Positions 1 to 10,376 are shown, counted from the first letter of the stretch. The stretch is 64,000 nucleotides of DNA from Acidobacteriota bacterium (GCA_036507075.1 DASXQR010000017.1:1-64000), one strand, 5' to 3'. Notes: generated by a model from the letters alone, not told the origin. Numbers and translations are program-made.

Positions 1-120
1 AACATCAGCATGGAAATCGAGTTGATCTCGCCCATCGCGATGGAAAAAGGACTGCGCTTTGCCATCCGCGAAGGAGGCAGGACGGTAGGAGCGGGCACGG
101 TAACCGATGTAGTTCAATAA
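1..120 (+). CDS. tuf: Elongation factor Tu, C-terminal fragment (runs off window start)
   Basis: Frame 1 reads [39 protein letters not shown], the canonical EF-Tu C-terminus; lies upstream of rpsJ. Confidence 0.97.
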   Translation, partial: NISMEIELISPIAMEKGLRFAIREGGRTVGAGTVTDVVQ

Positions 121-146
121 AAATCAGTTGAGGGTCGACGGAAAAA

Positions 147-384
147 GGTTGCGGGAAAAAAGTTACAGGTTACGAAAAAAAGTTTCGGGTTACGGGTTGA
201 CGGGTTACGGGTTCTTTAATTCGGCACATGGCAGATGTAACTGAAAACCCGGAAACGCGGAACCAAGAAACCCGGAACCAAGAAACCCGGAACCAGGAAA
301 CCCGGAACCAGGTAACCCGGAACTTGGTAACCCGGAACTAGAAAACCCGGAACTAGAAAACCCGGAACCCGGAAACCCGAAACT
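147..384. repeat. Inverted short-tandem-repeat element (GGGTTAC / AACCCGG family)
   Basis: Left arm agtttcgggttacgggttgacgggttacgggtt (181-213); right arm nine ~15-nt units such as AACCAAGAAACCCGG (246-380). Confidence 0.9.
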
Positions 385-397
385 AGAAGATAAAGAG

Positions 398-724
398 ATG
401 ATTAACGAAAAAATCCGAATTCGGTTGAAGGCTTACGATTACCGCGTGCTCGACCAGTCGGCCGCTGAAATCGTAGATATTGCCAAGCGCACCGGGGCGC
501 GGGTCTCCGGTCCGATTCCTCTGCCCACGGTCAAGAACCGCTACACGGTTCTGCGCTCGCCGCACGTGGACAAGAAGTCGCGCGAGCAGTTTGAAATCCG
601 GACGCACAAGCGGCTGGTGGATATTCTGGAGCCGACTCCCCAAACCGTCGACCAGTTGATGAAGCTGGATCTGCCGGCGGCGATCGATGTTGAGATCAAA
701 GCCTTCGGGGCGGAGCACAAGTAA
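398..724 (+). CDS. rpsJ: 30S ribosomal protein S10
   Basis: [10 protein letters not shown]...GPIPLPT...[21 protein letters not shown]. Confidence 0.99.
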   Translation: MINEKIRIRLKAYDYRVLDQSAAEIVDIAKRTGARVSGPIPLPTVKNRYTVLRSPHVDKKSREQFEIRTHKRLVDILEPTPQTVDQLMKLDLPAAIDVEIKAFGAEHK

Positions 725-733
725 GGAGCCCCA

Positions 734-1360
734 ATGCCGGATGGTTTGATTGGAATAAAAGTCGGTATGACGCAGGTCTTCGATGCGGAGGGAAATTTTG
801 TTCCCGTAACGGTGATCAAGGCCGGACCCTGCGTGGTCGTGCAGCGTAAGACAGCCGACAAGGATGGGTACGAATCCGTTCAGGTCGGTTTTGTGGAAGG
901 CAAAAAGATAAAGAATGTAAGCCGCGCCAAAGATGGTCATTTCAAAAAGGCCGGCGTGCCGCCGGCCAGAGTGTTGCGTGAATTCAATTACTCGAACCTG
1001 GCCGACCTCAAGGTGGGGGACCAGTTGCTGGTCGGCAACTTGTTCAAGGCCAATGATGTGGTGAAAGTCAGCGGCATCAGCAAAGGCCATGGTTTTGCCG
1101 GGGTGGTCAAGCGTCACGGATTCCGCGGTGGTCGCGCCACTCACGGATCGATGTTCCACCGCGCTCCGGGGTCCATCGGCGCTTCGGCATTTCCTTCACG
1201 CGTGCTTCCGGGGATGAGGGCTGCCGGTCGCATGGGAAACGATAAGGTGACGGTTAGCGGCCTGCGTGTGGTTGATGTCGATGCGGAGAATAATCTGCTT
1301 TTGGTCAAAGGGGCAGTTCCGGGTCGCAAGGGTGGATACGTGCTCATTTCCAAGCAGTGA
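734..1360 (+). CDS. rplC: 50S ribosomal protein L3
   Basis: [27 protein letters not shown] motifs; operon order. Confidence 0.99.
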   Translation: MPDGLIGIKVGMTQVFDAEGNFVPVTVIKAGPCVVVQRKTADKDGYESVQVGFVEGKKIKNVSRAKDGHFKKAGVPPARVLREFNYSNLADLKVGDQLLVGNLFKANDVVKVSGISKGHGFAGVVKRHGFRGGRATHGSMFHRAPGSIGASAFPSRVLPGMRAAGRMGNDKVTVSGLRVVDVDAENNLLLVKGAVPGRKGGYVLISKQ

Positions 1361-1380
1361 AAGCAGCAGCGAGAAACATT

Positions 1381-2010
1381 ATGCCGGTCATCGAAGTCAA
1401 GAATTTGCAGGGTAAGTCGGTCGGAAATCTGGAACTGGCCGATGAAATCTTCGCCGTCCCTGTAAATCGGGCCCTCATCTGGGAAGCGGTGCGGCACTAC
1501 GAAGCGGCCCAGCGCCAGGGCACCGCCGACACAAAGACGCGCGGCGAGGTTAGCGGGGGAGGCAAAAAGCCGTGGCGACAGAAAGGCACCGGCCGCGCCC
1601 GCGTGGGCAGCAGTCGAAATCCGATCTGGGTCCATGGGGGAACGGTGTTTGGTCCTACTCCGCGCGACTACGATTATGCGTTTCCCAGGAAGAAGCGGCG
1701 CGGCGCGCTGCGGGCCGCGCTTTCCGGAAAGCTCCAGGACCAGAAGCTCGCCGTGGTTGAAAACTTTTCGCTCGACAGCGCAAAAACCAAAGATTTTCGA
1801 CGCGTGCTGGACGGATTTGAAGCGCAGCGTAAGGTCCTGATTGTCAATCACGACCGCGATAACACCAACCTGCTGAGGAGCGCGCGCAATCTGCGCGATG
1901 TCAAGCTGGTGCAGAGTTCCAGCCTCAATATCTTCGACGTCATGTTCTACGACACGGTCCTGTTTACGCGGGATGCCATTCTTCAGTTGCAGGAGGCATT
2001 GAAGAAATGA
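1381..2010 (+). CDS. rplD: 50S ribosomal protein L4
   Basis: TKTRGEVSGGGKKPWRQKGTGRARVGS; ATG 1381 preferred over GTG 1357. Confidence 0.98.
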   Translation: MPVIEVKNLQGKSVGNLELADEIFAVPVNRALIWEAVRHYEAAQRQGTADTKTRGEVSGGGKKPWRQKGTGRARVGSSRNPIWVHGGTVFGPTPRDYDYAFPRKKRRGALRAALSGKLQDQKLAVVENFSLDSAKTKDFRRVLDGFEAQRKVLIVNHDRDNTNLLRSARNLRDVKLVQSSSLNIFDVMFYDTVLFTRDAILQLQEALKK

Positions 2011-2300
2011 AGACAAAGTTCAACGTCCTCGAGAGCCCGCATATGACCGAGAAGGCGACGCTGCTGAAGGAGAATACCGGCGTGCTGGTTTTCAAAGTGC
2101 GCCGCAAGGCCACCAAAGACGACATCAGGTCGGCCGTGGAGAAACTGTTCAGCGTGAAAGTCGCAACCGTGCGCACCGCCAACTTTCACGGCAAGAAAAA
2201 GAGGATGGGAAGATACGCCGGCCGCCGATCGGACTGGAAAAAGGCGTTTGTTACGCTGCAGCCCGGAGAGAAGACAATCGAGTTCTTTGAAAACGTATAG
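2007..2300 (+). CDS. rplW: 50S ribosomal protein L23
   Basis: TEKAT...AVEKLFSVKV...WKKAFVTL; ATGA overlap with rplD. Confidence 0.98.
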   Translation: MKTKFNVLESPHMTEKATLLKENTGVLVFKVRRKATKDDIRSAVEKLFSVKVATVRTANFHGKKKRMGRYAGRRSDWKKAFVTLQPGEKTIEFFENV

Positions 2301-2309
2301 GCTCACGAG

Positions 2310-3137
2310 ATGGCAATAAAGACATTTAAGCCGACATCACCCGGACGCCGCTTTCAAACGGTGCAGACCAGCGAAGGTCTCACCCCGGTCCGCCCGCTCA
2401 AGAGCCTGACGCGATCGCGCAAGCGATTGAGCGGCCGCAACAACATGGGCCATTTAACGGTGCGGCATCGAGGCGGAGCGCACAAGCGGAATTACCGGAC
2501 GATCGATTTCAGGCGAGAAAAGGAAAACATCCCGGCTAAGGTGTTTTCAATCGAGTATGACCCGAACCGCTCGGCGCGCATCGCCCGGCTGCACTACGTC
2601 GACGGAGAAAAGCGGTACATCATCGCGCCTCTGGGCCTGGCAATCGGCGCCACGGTCGTTTCCAGCCCGGATGCAGACATCCTGGTAGGAAACTGCCTGC
2701 CGCTGATCAATATTCCCGTGGGCACGGTTGTTCATAACGTCGAGATGCGGCAGGGACGCGGCGGGCAGATCGCCCGGGGCGCCGGCGCCGGAGTGCAGGT
2801 GGTGGCAAAAGAAGGGAATTACGCGCAACTGAGGCTTCCTTCCGGCGAGACACGCATGATCGACATCCTGTGCCGCGCCACCATCGGCCAGGTGGGGAAC
2901 CTGGAGCGCGAGAACGTGGCGGTGGGAAAGGCCGGCAGGAGTCGCTGGCTTGGCAAGCGCCCCACGGTTCGCGGAGTGGCCATGAATCCGGTGGATCACC
3001 CGCATGGAGGCGGAGAAGGAAAAACCTCGGGTGGGCGTCATCCTGTTTCTCCCTGGGGAACGCCGACCAAGGGATACAAGACCCGAAACAACAAGCGCAC
3101 CCAGCGGTTCATTGTTCGCCGCAGGGGTCAGAAGTAA
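2310..3137 (+). CDS. rplB: 50S ribosomal protein L2
   Basis: [29 protein letters not shown]. Confidence 0.99.
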   Translation: MAIKTFKPTSPGRRFQTVQTSEGLTPVRPLKSLTRSRKRLSGRNNMGHLTVRHRGGAHKRNYRTIDFRREKENIPAKVFSIEYDPNRSARIARLHYVDGEKRYIIAPLGLAIGATVVSSPDADILVGNCLPLINIPVGTVVHNVEMRQGRGGQIARGAGAGVQVVAKEGNYAQLRLPSGETRMIDILCRATIGQVGNLERENVAVGKAGRSRWLGKRPTVRGVAMNPVDHPHGGGEGKTSGGRHPVSPWGTPTKGYKTRNNKRTQRFIVRRRGQK

Positions 3138-3146
3138 GGAGCAGCC

Positions 3147-3470
3147 ATGCCTCGTTCAGTAAAAAAAGGGCCTTTTGTGGATGTGCACCTGAGAAAAAAG
3201 GTGGACAACCTCAACCGGAGCAATGACAAGACGGTCATCAAGACCTGGTCGAGGCGCTCCACCGTCATTCCCGAAATGGTGGGCCACACGATTGCGGTGC
3301 ACAACGGGAAAAAATTCATTCCCGTCTATATTTCGGAAAATATGGTGGGGCATAAGCTGGGAGAGTTTTCGCCCACGCGCACTTTCCGCGCGCATTCAAC
3401 CAAGGCGGAAAAAGCCGTGCAGGTGAAAGCCGCCGCCGCTGCCGCCGCTCCGCCGCCGCCGACACCGTAA
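3147..3470 (+). CDS. rpsS: 30S ribosomal protein S19 with Ala/Pro C-terminal tail
   Basis: [31 protein letters not shown]. Confidence 0.99.
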   Translation: MPRSVKKGPFVDVHLRKKVDNLNRSNDKTVIKTWSRRSTVIPEMVGHTIAVHNGKKFIPVYISENMVGHKLGEFSPTRTFRAHSTKAEKAVQVKAAAAAAAPPPPTP

Positions 3471-3487
3471 CGGCGGTAAAGGAAAGG

Positions 3488-3613
3488 AACCGCAAAGAAC
3501 GCCAAGAGCGCAAGAAGATTCAGGCCGACATCCTGCCGGATCGAATGAAAAAATGCAGGATGATGACGCCACGGGAAATGAGGATCTTGGCGATCTTGGA
3601 GTTCTTGGCGGTT
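3488..3613. repeat. Inverted 9-mer repeat element (AACCGCCAAGAAC family)
   Basis: aaccgcaaagaacgccaagagcgcaaga ... tcttggcgatcttggagttcttggcggtt. Confidence 0.85.
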
Positions 3614-3631
3614 TGTTTGGTTAAGGAAATC

Positions 3632-3991
3632 ATGGAAGCAGTCGCTAAAGGCAAATACATAAAAGGGTCGCCGCAGAAGGCACGGCTGGTGATCGATCTG
3701 ATCCGCGGAAAGCGGGTGGACGAAGCGCTGGCGATCCTGAGAACGACCAGGAAACGCGCGGCCGACCCGATCGCCAAAGTGCTCAAGTCGGCGGTGGCGA
3801 ATGCCGAGCAGCAATCGCCTTCCGCCAACGTCGACGATTTCGTCGTGTCGCGTGCCTACGTGGATCTGGGGCCGACAAAGTTACGACGCCGCATGCGTCC
3901 CGCCCCGATGGGTCGGGCTTACCGCGAGCGGCGATGGTCCAGCCACATTACTATTCATGTCTCGGACGGCAGCGCCGGCCAGGAGGACTAA
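3632..3991 (+). CDS. rplV: 50S ribosomal protein L22
   Basis: [28 protein letters not shown]; start moved to ATG 3632 after SD TAAGGA. Confidence 0.97.
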   Translation: MEAVAKGKYIKGSPQKARLVIDLIRGKRVDEALAILRTTRKRAADPIAKVLKSAVANAEQQSPSANVDDFVVSRAYVDLGPTKLRRRMRPAPMGRAYRERRWSSHITIHVSDGSAGQED

Positions 3992-3992
3992 C

Positions 3993-4895
3993 TTGGGTCA
4001 GAAAGTTCATCCCTTCGGATTTCGTTTAGGCTACAACCGGACCTGGAAGTCTCGCTGGTTTGCCAAGAAGGACTACGGCAAGCTGCTGCACGAAGACCTT
4101 CAGATCAAGAAGAACCTGAAAAAACGCTTCTCCCATGCCGGGGTTTCGAGGATTGAAATCGAGCGGGCGGCCAACAAGCTCACCATCTTTATTTATACGT
4201 CACGGCCCGGAATCATCATCGGCCGCAAGGGAAGTGAAATCGACAAGCTGAAGACCGACCTGCAGGCGGCAACCGGCCGCGAAGTCTTTATCAATATCCA
4301 GGAAATCAACAAGCCCGAACTGGATGCGCAACTGGTGGCCGAGAGCATCGCTCAGCAGCTTGAGAAGCGTGTTGCTTTCCGGCGCGCGATGCGCCGCGCG
4401 GTGGACACCAGTCTTCGATTTGGCGCCCGTGGAATCAAGGTCCGCTGTGGGGGCAGATTGAATGGGGCGGAGATTGCCCGTTCTGAATGGTACCTGCACG
4501 GCCAGTTGCCGCTCCATACGCTGCGGGCCGACATCGATTATGGCTTTGCCGAGGCCCACACGACTTACGGAGTCATTGGAGTGAAGTCGTGGATCTATAC
4601 CGGTGACATCTTTGATGTTGCCCGGGACGATACGCGGCCGACGCGTGACAAGGGGCGGGAGCGCCGTGAAGAACGCCGCGAGGGCCGTCCTCGTCCTTCG
4701 CCCGAATCCGGAGGACCTGCCGGTGGGCGCGGCGGCAGAGCGGCATCTCCGCCAAGAACTGCGGCAACGCCGGCTGCCGCGCCGGCTGGACCTGCTGTCG
4801 AGAAAGAGCGCGCCGCGCCGGTTGTCGAATCTCCTGAGCCGGACGTCGCGCCGCCGGAAGCGGGAAGCGGTCCCGGGGAAGGTGAAAAGAGCTAA
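3993..4895 (+). CDS. rpsC: 30S ribosomal protein S3 with long low-complexity C-terminal tail
   Basis: TTG start after [48 protein letters not shown]. Confidence 0.98.
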   Translation: MGQKVHPFGFRLGYNRTWKSRWFAKKDYGKLLHEDLQIKKNLKKRFSHAGVSRIEIERAANKLTIFIYTSRPGIIIGRKGSEIDKLKTDLQAATGREVFINIQEINKPELDAQLVAESIAQQLEKRVAFRRAMRRAVDTSLRFGARGIKVRCGGRLNGAEIARSEWYLHGQLPLHTLRADIDYGFAEAHTTYGVIGVKSWIYTGDIFDVARDDTRPTRDKGRERREERREGRPRPSPESGGPAGGRGGRAASPPRTAATPAAAPAGPAVEKERAAPVVESPEPDVAPPEAGSGPGEGEKS

Positions 4896-4910
4896 GTGAT
4901 CTTTTCTGGC

Positions 4911-4964
4911 GTAGCGACGCGGCATGCCGCGTCTGAGCTCTGACGCGACATGTCGCGTCTCTAC
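4911..4964. repeat. GTAG-type REP doublet
   Basis: GTAGCGACGCGGCATGCCGCGTC-tgagctct-GACGCGACATGTCGCGTCTCTAC: two palindromes bounded by GTAG and CTAC. Confidence 0.8.
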
Positions 4965-4997
4965 GGGCGCGCCGGACTGAGTTGAAGAAGAACCGTT

Positions 4998-5414
4998 ATG
5001 TTGATGCCGAAGAAAGTTAAGTATCGCCGCCAGCAGAAAGGGCGCATGAAGGGTCTGGCCACCCGCGGCAATACTGTGGATTTTGGATCGTACGGTTTGA
5101 AGGCACTGGAGCCCGGCTGGATTTCGGATCGCCAGATTGAGGCGAGCCGGATTGCCATGACCCGCTTCATCAAACGTGGTGGAAAAGTCTGGATCCGAAT
5201 TTTCCCGGACAAGCCCATCACCAAGAAGCCGGCAGAAACCCGCATGGGGAAGGGAAAGGGAGCACCGGAGGGATGGGTGGCGGTGATCAAGCCAGGACGC
5301 ATTCTGTTTGAAATGGACGGAGTTCCCGAGGAAGTGGCGCGCGAAGCGATGCGCCTGGCGGCCAACAAGCTCCCCATCCAGACGAAGTTTGTGGTGAGAT
5401 TTGGAAAAGGATAG
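4998..5414 (+). CDS. rplP: 50S ribosomal protein L16
   Basis: [38 protein letters not shown]. Confidence 0.99.
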   Translation: MLMPKKVKYRRQQKGRMKGLATRGNTVDFGSYGLKALEPGWISDRQIEASRIAMTRFIKRGGKVWIRIFPDKPITKKPAETRMGKGKGAPEGWVAVIKPGRILFEMDGVPEEVAREAMRLAANKLPIQTKFVVRFGKG

Positions 5415-5423
5415 AGGGTAGAG

Positions 5424-5663
5424 ATGAAAGCGGCGAAATTGAAGGAAATGTCCGTCGCGGAACTCAGGGAAGAGGAGGGTAATTTGTCCGACGAACTCTT
5501 CCGTCTGCGTTTTCAGAGCGCTACCGGCCAGTTGGAAAAGTTCTCCAGGATCGCTCAGGTGCGCAAGGGCATCGCACGGGTCAAGACGATAATGTCTGAG
5601 AAAATGAGAGAAGGAAATGAATCAGGTACAGCCGCAAACAGGCGAGCGCAAACCAAGAAATAG
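5424..5663 (+). CDS. rpmC: 50S ribosomal protein L29
   Basis: [15 protein letters not shown]...RKGIARVKT; 3' end overlaps rpsQ by 47 nt. Confidence 0.95.
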   Translation: MKAAKLKEMSVAELREEEGNLSDELFRLRFQSATGQLEKFSRIAQVRKGIARVKTIMSEKMREGNESGTAANRRAQTKK

Positions 5664-5898
5664 AAAAATTGGAGTTGTGGTCAGCAATTCCATGAAGAAG
5701 TCGGTGATGGTGGCGGTGAATCGGCAGGTGCCGCACCACTTGTACAAGAAGTTCGTGCGCCGCACGCATAAATTTTTGGCGCACGACGAAGAGAACCGGT
5801 GTGGTGTCGGAGACAGGGTCGAGATTGAAGAGACCCGGCCGATGAGCAAGCGCAAACGCTGGGTGGTCAGGCAGATTCTTTCGAAGGCAACGGAGTAG
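5617..5898 (+). CDS. rpsQ: 30S ribosomal protein S17
   Basis: [29 protein letters not shown]. Confidence 0.97.
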   Translation: MNQVQPQTGERKPRNRKIGVVVSNSMKKSVMVAVNRQVPHHLYKKFVRRTHKFLAHDEENRCGVGDRVEIEETRPMSKRKRWVVRQILSKATE

Positions 5899-5903
5899 GA
5901 ATC

Positions 5904-6272
5904 ATGATTCAGATGCGCACCATCCTGGAGGTGGCTGACAATTCAGGAGCCAAGAGGATCGCCTGTATATTGCCGCTGGGCGGATCTACGGGTGCGGTGG
6001 CTCATCTGGGAGATGTGATCACAGCGTCGGTTAAGGAAGCGAGCCCGGACGGCACCATCAAGAAAGGCGCCGTGGTCAAGGCGGTGATCGTGCGGACCAC
6101 CAAGGAAACGCGGCGCAAGGACGGCACTTACATTAAATTTGATCAGAATGCGGCAGTGTTGATCAACGAGGCCAAAGAGCCGATTGGAACCCGCGTTTTT
6201 GGTCCGGTGGCGCGCGAGCTGCGTGATCGTCAGTTCATGAAGATCGTTTCGCTGGCGCCGGAGGTTTTGTAG
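5904..6272 (+). CDS. rplN: 50S ribosomal protein L14
   Basis: [30 protein letters not shown]. Confidence 0.99.
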   Translation: MIQMRTILEVADNSGAKRIACILPLGGSTGAVAHLGDVITASVKEASPDGTIKKGAVVKAVIVRTTKETRRKDGTYIKFDQNAAVLINEAKEPIGTRVFGPVARELRDRQFMKIVSLAPEVL

Positions 6273-6274
6273 CA

Positions 6275-6601
6275 ATGTCCAGGTTGCATGTGAAGAAAGA
6301 AGATCAGGTTTTTATCCTGACAGGCAAAGACCGTGGGAAGACCGGGCGCGTGCTGAGGGTGTTTCCGGCCGAACATGAGGCGATTGTCGAAAATGTCAAT
6401 TTCGTGAAACGCCATACCCGGCCCAATCCCCAGAAGAACATCAAGGGTGGCGTGGTGGAAAAGGAACGTCCCATTGACCTTTCCAATGTCCAGGTTGTGT
6501 GCCGCTCTTGCGGCGAGCGCACGCGCGTGGCCTTCGAAAAGCTCCAGGACGGCCGCAAGGTGCGCACTTGTAAAAGGTGCCGCGCCGCAATTGACAAGTA
6601 G
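6275..6601 (+). CDS. rplX: 50S ribosomal protein L24
   Basis: GKDRGKTGRV, VENVNFVKRH, PIDLSNV. Confidence 0.98.
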   Translation: MSRLHVKKEDQVFILTGKDRGKTGRVLRVFPAEHEAIVENVNFVKRHTRPNPQKNIKGGVVEKERPIDLSNVQVVCRSCGERTRVAFEKLQDGRKVRTCKRCRAAIDK

Positions 6602-6960
6602 TTGTCCGTTGTCAGTGGTCCGTTGTCCGTTGCTGGAAGGCAGAAGGCGGAAGGCGCAAGGCAGGAGGCGGGAGGCAGGAGGCAGAAGGCGGAAGGCAGG
6701 AGGTAGCAGGCAGGAGGCAGGGGCAGGAGACAGGAGGCACGGTTGACGGTGCAGTACCGCGATCCGGCGTGCGTAGATACCATCAGTACCGCGATCCTTG
6801 AGGTCGCGGCGGGGGATTTAAGTCGACTCGCTACCGCGGCAGAAGGCAGAAGGCTGAAGGCGGAAGGCGGAAGAGACTGACAGACTGACGGACTGATGGA
6901 CTTGAAGAACGCTCGCGAATGAGCAATGCCAAGCCGACCACTGACCACTGACGACAGACA
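6602..6960. repeat. Composite intergenic element: GTTGTCA/TGACAAC outer arms, GGCAGRA 7-mer arrays, conserved ~55-nt core
   Basis: Outer arms 6602-6627 and 6936-6961 are complementary; same architecture as 7846-8160. Confidence 0.9.
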
Positions 6961-7527
6961 ATGAGCAGACTCAGAGATCAATACAAGAAAGAAATCATGC
7001 CGGCGCTGGTAAAGAAGTTTAACTACACCAGCTCGATGGCCGTTCCCAGGCTCGAGAAGATTGTGATCAACATGGGTCTGGGCGAAGCGATCCAGAATGC
7101 GAAAGTCCTGGACAGCGCCGCCGAGGAAATAGCAGCCATCGCCGGTCAGAAGCCGGTCATCACGCGCGCCAAGAAGGCGATTGCGGCTTTCAAGCTGCGC
7201 AAGGGGATGCCAATCGGGTGCATGGTCACGCTGCGGGGTGACCGCATGTATGAGTTTCTGGATCGACTGATCAACATAGCCTTGCCGCGGGTGCGTGACT
7301 TTCGTGGAGTAGCAACCCGCTCGTTCGATGGCAGGGGTAATTACACAATAGGATTGAAGGATCAGCTCATTTTTCCTGAAATCGACATTGGGAAGTCCGA
7401 AAAGATTCGGGGATTGAACATCACGATTGTGACCACAGCCAGGACGGACGAGGAAAGCCGCGAGTTGCTGGCGCAATTTGGGATGCCTTTTGTGAAGCGT
7501 GCGCAAGCCGGAAGCACGGCAGCGTGA
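6961..7527 (+). CDS. rplE: 50S ribosomal protein L5
   Basis: [27 protein letters not shown]. Confidence 0.99.
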   Translation: MSRLRDQYKKEIMPALVKKFNYTSSMAVPRLEKIVINMGLGEAIQNAKVLDSAAEEIAAIAGQKPVITRAKKAIAAFKLRKGMPIGCMVTLRGDRMYEFLDRLINIALPRVRDFRGVATRSFDGRGNYTIGLKDQLIFPEIDIGKSEKIRGLNITIVTTARTDEESRELLAQFGMPFVKRAQAGSTAA

Positions 7528-7544
7528 AAGCTGGAACCGCGAAG

Positions 7545-7603
7545 CCATCAGTACCGCGATCCGTGAGGTCGCGGCGGGGAATCTAAGTCGACTCGTTGCC
7601 ACC
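7545..7603 (+). repeat. Stand-alone copy of the conserved ~55-nt core
   Basis: CCATCAGTACCGCGATCCGTGAGGTCGCGGCGGGGAATCTAAGTCGACTCG; near-identical at 6780 and 7923. Confidence 0.9.
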
Positions 7604-7657
7604 GATGAATCGAAGGCGGAAGCCGGCGGGCGGGAGGCTTAGAAGTTATGGAGAGAC

Positions 7658-7843
7658 ATGGCAAAAACATCGAGCATTGTTAAAGCAAACCGGAAACCAA
7701 AGTTCTCATCGCGGCGCTACACCCGCTGCAAGCGATGCGGCAGGGCACGTGGCTATTTGAGGCGCTTCGAGCTTTGCAGAATCTGCTTCCGCGCGCTGTC
7801 GCTCTCGGGCGAAATTCCGGGAGTGACGAAGGCGAGTTGGTAA
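7658..7843 (+). CDS. rpsN: 30S ribosomal protein S14, short zinc-binding type
   Basis: 61 aa; RCKRCGR...[18 protein letters not shown]. Confidence 0.98.
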   Translation: MAKTSSIVKANRKPKFSSRRYTRCKRCGRARGYLRRFELCRICFRALSLSGEIPGVTKASW

Positions 7844-7845
7844 CT

Positions 7846-8160
7846 TTGTCCGTTGTCAGTGGTCCGTTGTCGGAAGGCAGGAGGCAGGAGGCAGGAGCAG
7901 GAGGCAGCAGGCGTGATCGACTCCATCAGTACCGCGATCCGTCAGGTCGCGGCGGGGGGATGTAAGTCGACTCGTTACCACGGCAGAAGCAGGAGGCAGA
8001 AGGCAGAAAGCAGGAGGCAGAAAGCAGAAGGCAGAAGGCAGAAGGCAGAAGGCAGAAGAGACTGACAGACTGACAGACTGAGGGACTAACGAACGCGCGT
8101 GGATGAGCAATAGCCAAGTCAACCACGGACAACTGACAACTGACAGCTAACAACCGACAA
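7846..8160. repeat. Composite intergenic element, sister of 6602-6960
   Basis: ttgtccgttgtcagtggtccgttgtc + ggcagga arrays + core + gactgaca units + acaactg arm. Confidence 0.9.
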
Positions 8161-8162
8161 CT

Positions 8163-8561
8163 ATGACCGACCCAATTGCAGATCTTTTTACCAGAATCCG
8201 GAATGCAATCCGTTCGCAGCACACGACGGTGAATATTCCCGCGAGCAGCTTGAAAATCAGTGTTTTGAAGATCCTCAAGGAAAATGGCCTGATCGAAAAC
8301 TTCAAGGTTAGCCGCGAGAAAGAGGAAATCCAGGGCAAAGTCACCGTTCTGCTCAAATACGATCAGGAAGGCCGTCCTGCCATCACCGCGCTGCAGCGAA
8401 TCAGCAGGCCGGGCTGCCGGGTCTATCTGAAGAAGAAAAACATACAGCCGGTGTTAAATGGCCTGGGCATCAGCATTATTTCGACCTCGAAAGGACTAAT
8501 GACCGGCGATCGCGCCACGCAGGAAGGAATCGGCGGCGAGATCCTGGCCAATATTTACTAG
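8163..8561 (+). CDS. rpsH: 30S ribosomal protein S8
   Basis: MTDPIADLFTRIRNA, RISRPGCRVY, STSKGLMT, GGEIL. Confidence 0.99.
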   Translation: MTDPIADLFTRIRNAIRSQHTTVNIPASSLKISVLKILKENGLIENFKVSREKEEIQGKVTVLLKYDQEGRPAITALQRISRPGCRVYLKKKNIQPVLNGLGISIISTSKGLMTGDRATQEGIGGEILANIY

Positions 8562-8563
8562 TT

Positions 8564-8695
8564 CAAGTGAACAGTTGGCAGGGGCATCAGTTACCAGTGA
8601 GTGAATATTGACAATTTGAGAAACATTAATGGAATGGGGCAAAAAGCCGGTAATTAGAAAACTGGTAAAACTTGCCCCTGATAACTGAAAACTTG
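8564..8695. repeat. Long imperfect inverted repeat spanning the rpsH-rplF gap
   Basis: caagtgaacagttggcaggggcatcagttaccagt pairs with actggtaaaacttgcccctgataactgaaaacttg. Confidence 0.8.
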
Positions 8696-8696
8696 T

Positions 8697-9257
8697 ATGT
8701 CGCGAATTGGCAAGAAACCGATTGCAATTCCCAAGGACGTGAAAGTCAACGTGGGAAAGACCGAAGTTGAAGTGCAGGGTCCGAAGGGAAAACTTGTAAC
8801 GCCGCTTCCTTACGGAATCACCTGCAGCGTTGAGGATGGCCGGCTGCTGGCGCACCGCGCCAATAACAGCAAACCGCAACTGGCTCTTCACGGTCTGGTG
8901 CGCAGCCTGCTGTCGAACGCGGTTACGGGCGTGACCCAGGGTTTTCGCCGCGAGTTGGACATCGTGGGGATCGGGTTCAAGGCCGAAGTAAAGAAGAATG
9001 CCGTTCTGTTTTCGCTCGGCTACTCACACCCCATCGAGTATCCCATTCCAGAGGGAATCAAGGTAAGCGTGGAGAGGGGGACAAAGCCGATTCAGAACTA
9101 CGTCGGCACCATCACCGTTGAAGGAAGCGATCGTCAGAAAGTAGGCCAGATTGCCGCCAACATCCGGTCGCTGCGCAGCCCGGATCCTTACAAGGGAAAG
9201 GGAATTCGTTACGTCGAGGAACAGATCAAACTGAAAGTCGGTAAGAAGGGGGCCTAG
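8697..9257 (+). CDS. rplF: 50S ribosomal protein L6
   Basis: [27 protein letters not shown]. Confidence 0.99.
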   Translation: MSRIGKKPIAIPKDVKVNVGKTEVEVQGPKGKLVTPLPYGITCSVEDGRLLAHRANNSKPQLALHGLVRSLLSNAVTGVTQGFRRELDIVGIGFKAEVKKNAVLFSLGYSHPIEYPIPEGIKVSVERGTKPIQNYVGTITVEGSDRQKVGQIAANIRSLRSPDPYKGKGIRYVEEQIKLKVGKKGA

Positions 9258-9259
9258 GC

Positions 9260-9628
9260 ATGCTGCAGAAGGAAACGCACAACAGGCAGCGCAAGAAGGT
9301 TCATCTGCGCATCAGAAAAACGCTGCGTGGCACCGGCGAGCGCCCCCGGCTCAATATCTATCGCAGCCTGAATCATATTTACGCGCAGTTGATCGATGAC
9401 AGCCTGGGACGCACTCTGGTATCGGCGTCTACACTGTCACGGGATGCGAAAGCCGGCGTCAAACGCGGCGGCAACGTTGAAGCGGCCAAGACGGTGGGTA
9501 AATTGATTGCACAACGCGCCCGGGCCAAGGGTGTGGAAAGCGTGGTCTTCGACAGAAGCGGCTATATTTATCACGGCCGGATCCGCGCGCTGGCGGAAGC
9601 CGCTCGAGAAGCAGGGCTCAAATTCTAA
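9260..9628 (+). CDS. rplR: 50S ribosomal protein L18
   Basis: [39 protein letters not shown]. Confidence 0.99.
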   Translation: MLQKETHNRQRKKVHLRIRKTLRGTGERPRLNIYRSLNHIYAQLIDDSLGRTLVSASTLSRDAKAGVKRGGNVEAAKTVGKLIAQRARAKGVESVVFDRSGYIYHGRIRALAEAAREAGLKF

Positions 9629-9638
9629 AGGAGGAAGG

Positions 9639-10169
9639 TTGGAAAAGATCGACGTCAATGCTCTCGACCTGAAGGACCAGGTGGTTGCCATCAACCGGGT
9701 CACCAAAGTCGTCAAGGGTGGAAAGAATTTGAGCTTCAGCGCTCTGGTGGTGGTCGGCGACCACAACGGGCATGTGGGCTATGGTTCGGGAAAGGCGAAA
9801 GAAGTGCCGCAGGCGATTCGAAAGGCAATTGAACGCGCCAAGAAAAACCTGATGACGGTGCCGCGCGTGGGCACCACCATCCCGCACGTGGTGGTGGGCC
9901 GCTTTGGCGCCGGTCGGGTGCTGCTGAAACCGGCCAAGGAAGGCACCGGCGTCATTGCCGGAGGGCCGGTGCGCGCGGTTGTTCAGTCGGCGGGAATTTC
10001 CAATGTCGTGACCAAATCGCTCGGCTCGGCCAACCCTCATAACGTGGTAAAGGCGACCTTTGAGGGTCTAAAGGCGCTCAAGGTACCCTTGGCGCCGGCC
10101 GACTCGAAGTCTCGGCGCGCCGAAGCCGCCGGCGAGCGCGAGACCGAAGAAGTGCAAACACAGGGCTGA
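9639..10169 (+). CDS. rpsE: 30S ribosomal protein S5
   Basis: TTG start after [27 protein letters not shown]. Confidence 0.98.
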   Translation: MEKIDVNALDLKDQVVAINRVTKVVKGGKNLSFSALVVVGDHNGHVGYGSGKAKEVPQAIRKAIERAKKNLMTVPRVGTTIPHVVVGRFGAGRVLLKPAKEGTGVIAGGPVRAVVQSAGISNVVTKSLGSANPHNVVKATFEGLKALKVPLAPADSKSRRAEAAGERETEEVQTQG

Positions 10170-10239
10170 AAGTATCTCGCCCAAAAAACGGGAGCTGCGT
10201 GGCACATCGGCAACATCTTGGTTTTTTAGCGAAGTTTTT

Positions 10240-10376
10240 CAAAGCCGTCTACGTGCACGAGCACGTCAAGGTCCACGCCTACGTCTACGTTTTCGCTCGA
10301 TTTGACGGGGATTGGTTGTCGTGATTGTGGACGTGAGACGTGGTCGTTGACGTGCTCGTGCACGTGGACGGTTTTT
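10240..10376. repeat. Inverted 6-mer-period element (CAAAGCCGTCTACGT family)
   Basis: 10241-10269 is complementary to 10347-10375 at 27/29 positions; the same left end recurs at 52997 and 62728. Confidence 0.85.

Noticed and set aside
246..380. Possible CRISPR array
   Set aside because: Units are contiguous 15-mers with no unique spacers, and no cas genes are in the window.
3545..3631. N-terminal extensions in the ORF track (rplV; also rpsC 3801, rpsE 9507, 17825, 45848, 54887)
   Set aside because: They run through repeats or overlap neighbouring genes; better starts with an SD or signal peptide lie downstream.
6780..7983. Three ~55-nt repeats as CRISPR repeats, attC sites or tRNAs
   Set aside because: They are separated by essential ribosomal genes, with no integrase, no cloverleaf and no regular spacing.
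7853..8222. ORFs such as [18 protein letters not shown] and QPATRQP (also 14070-14372 and 59498-59781)
   Set aside because: They are translations of 7-mer DNA repeats and appear in several frames and on both strands.
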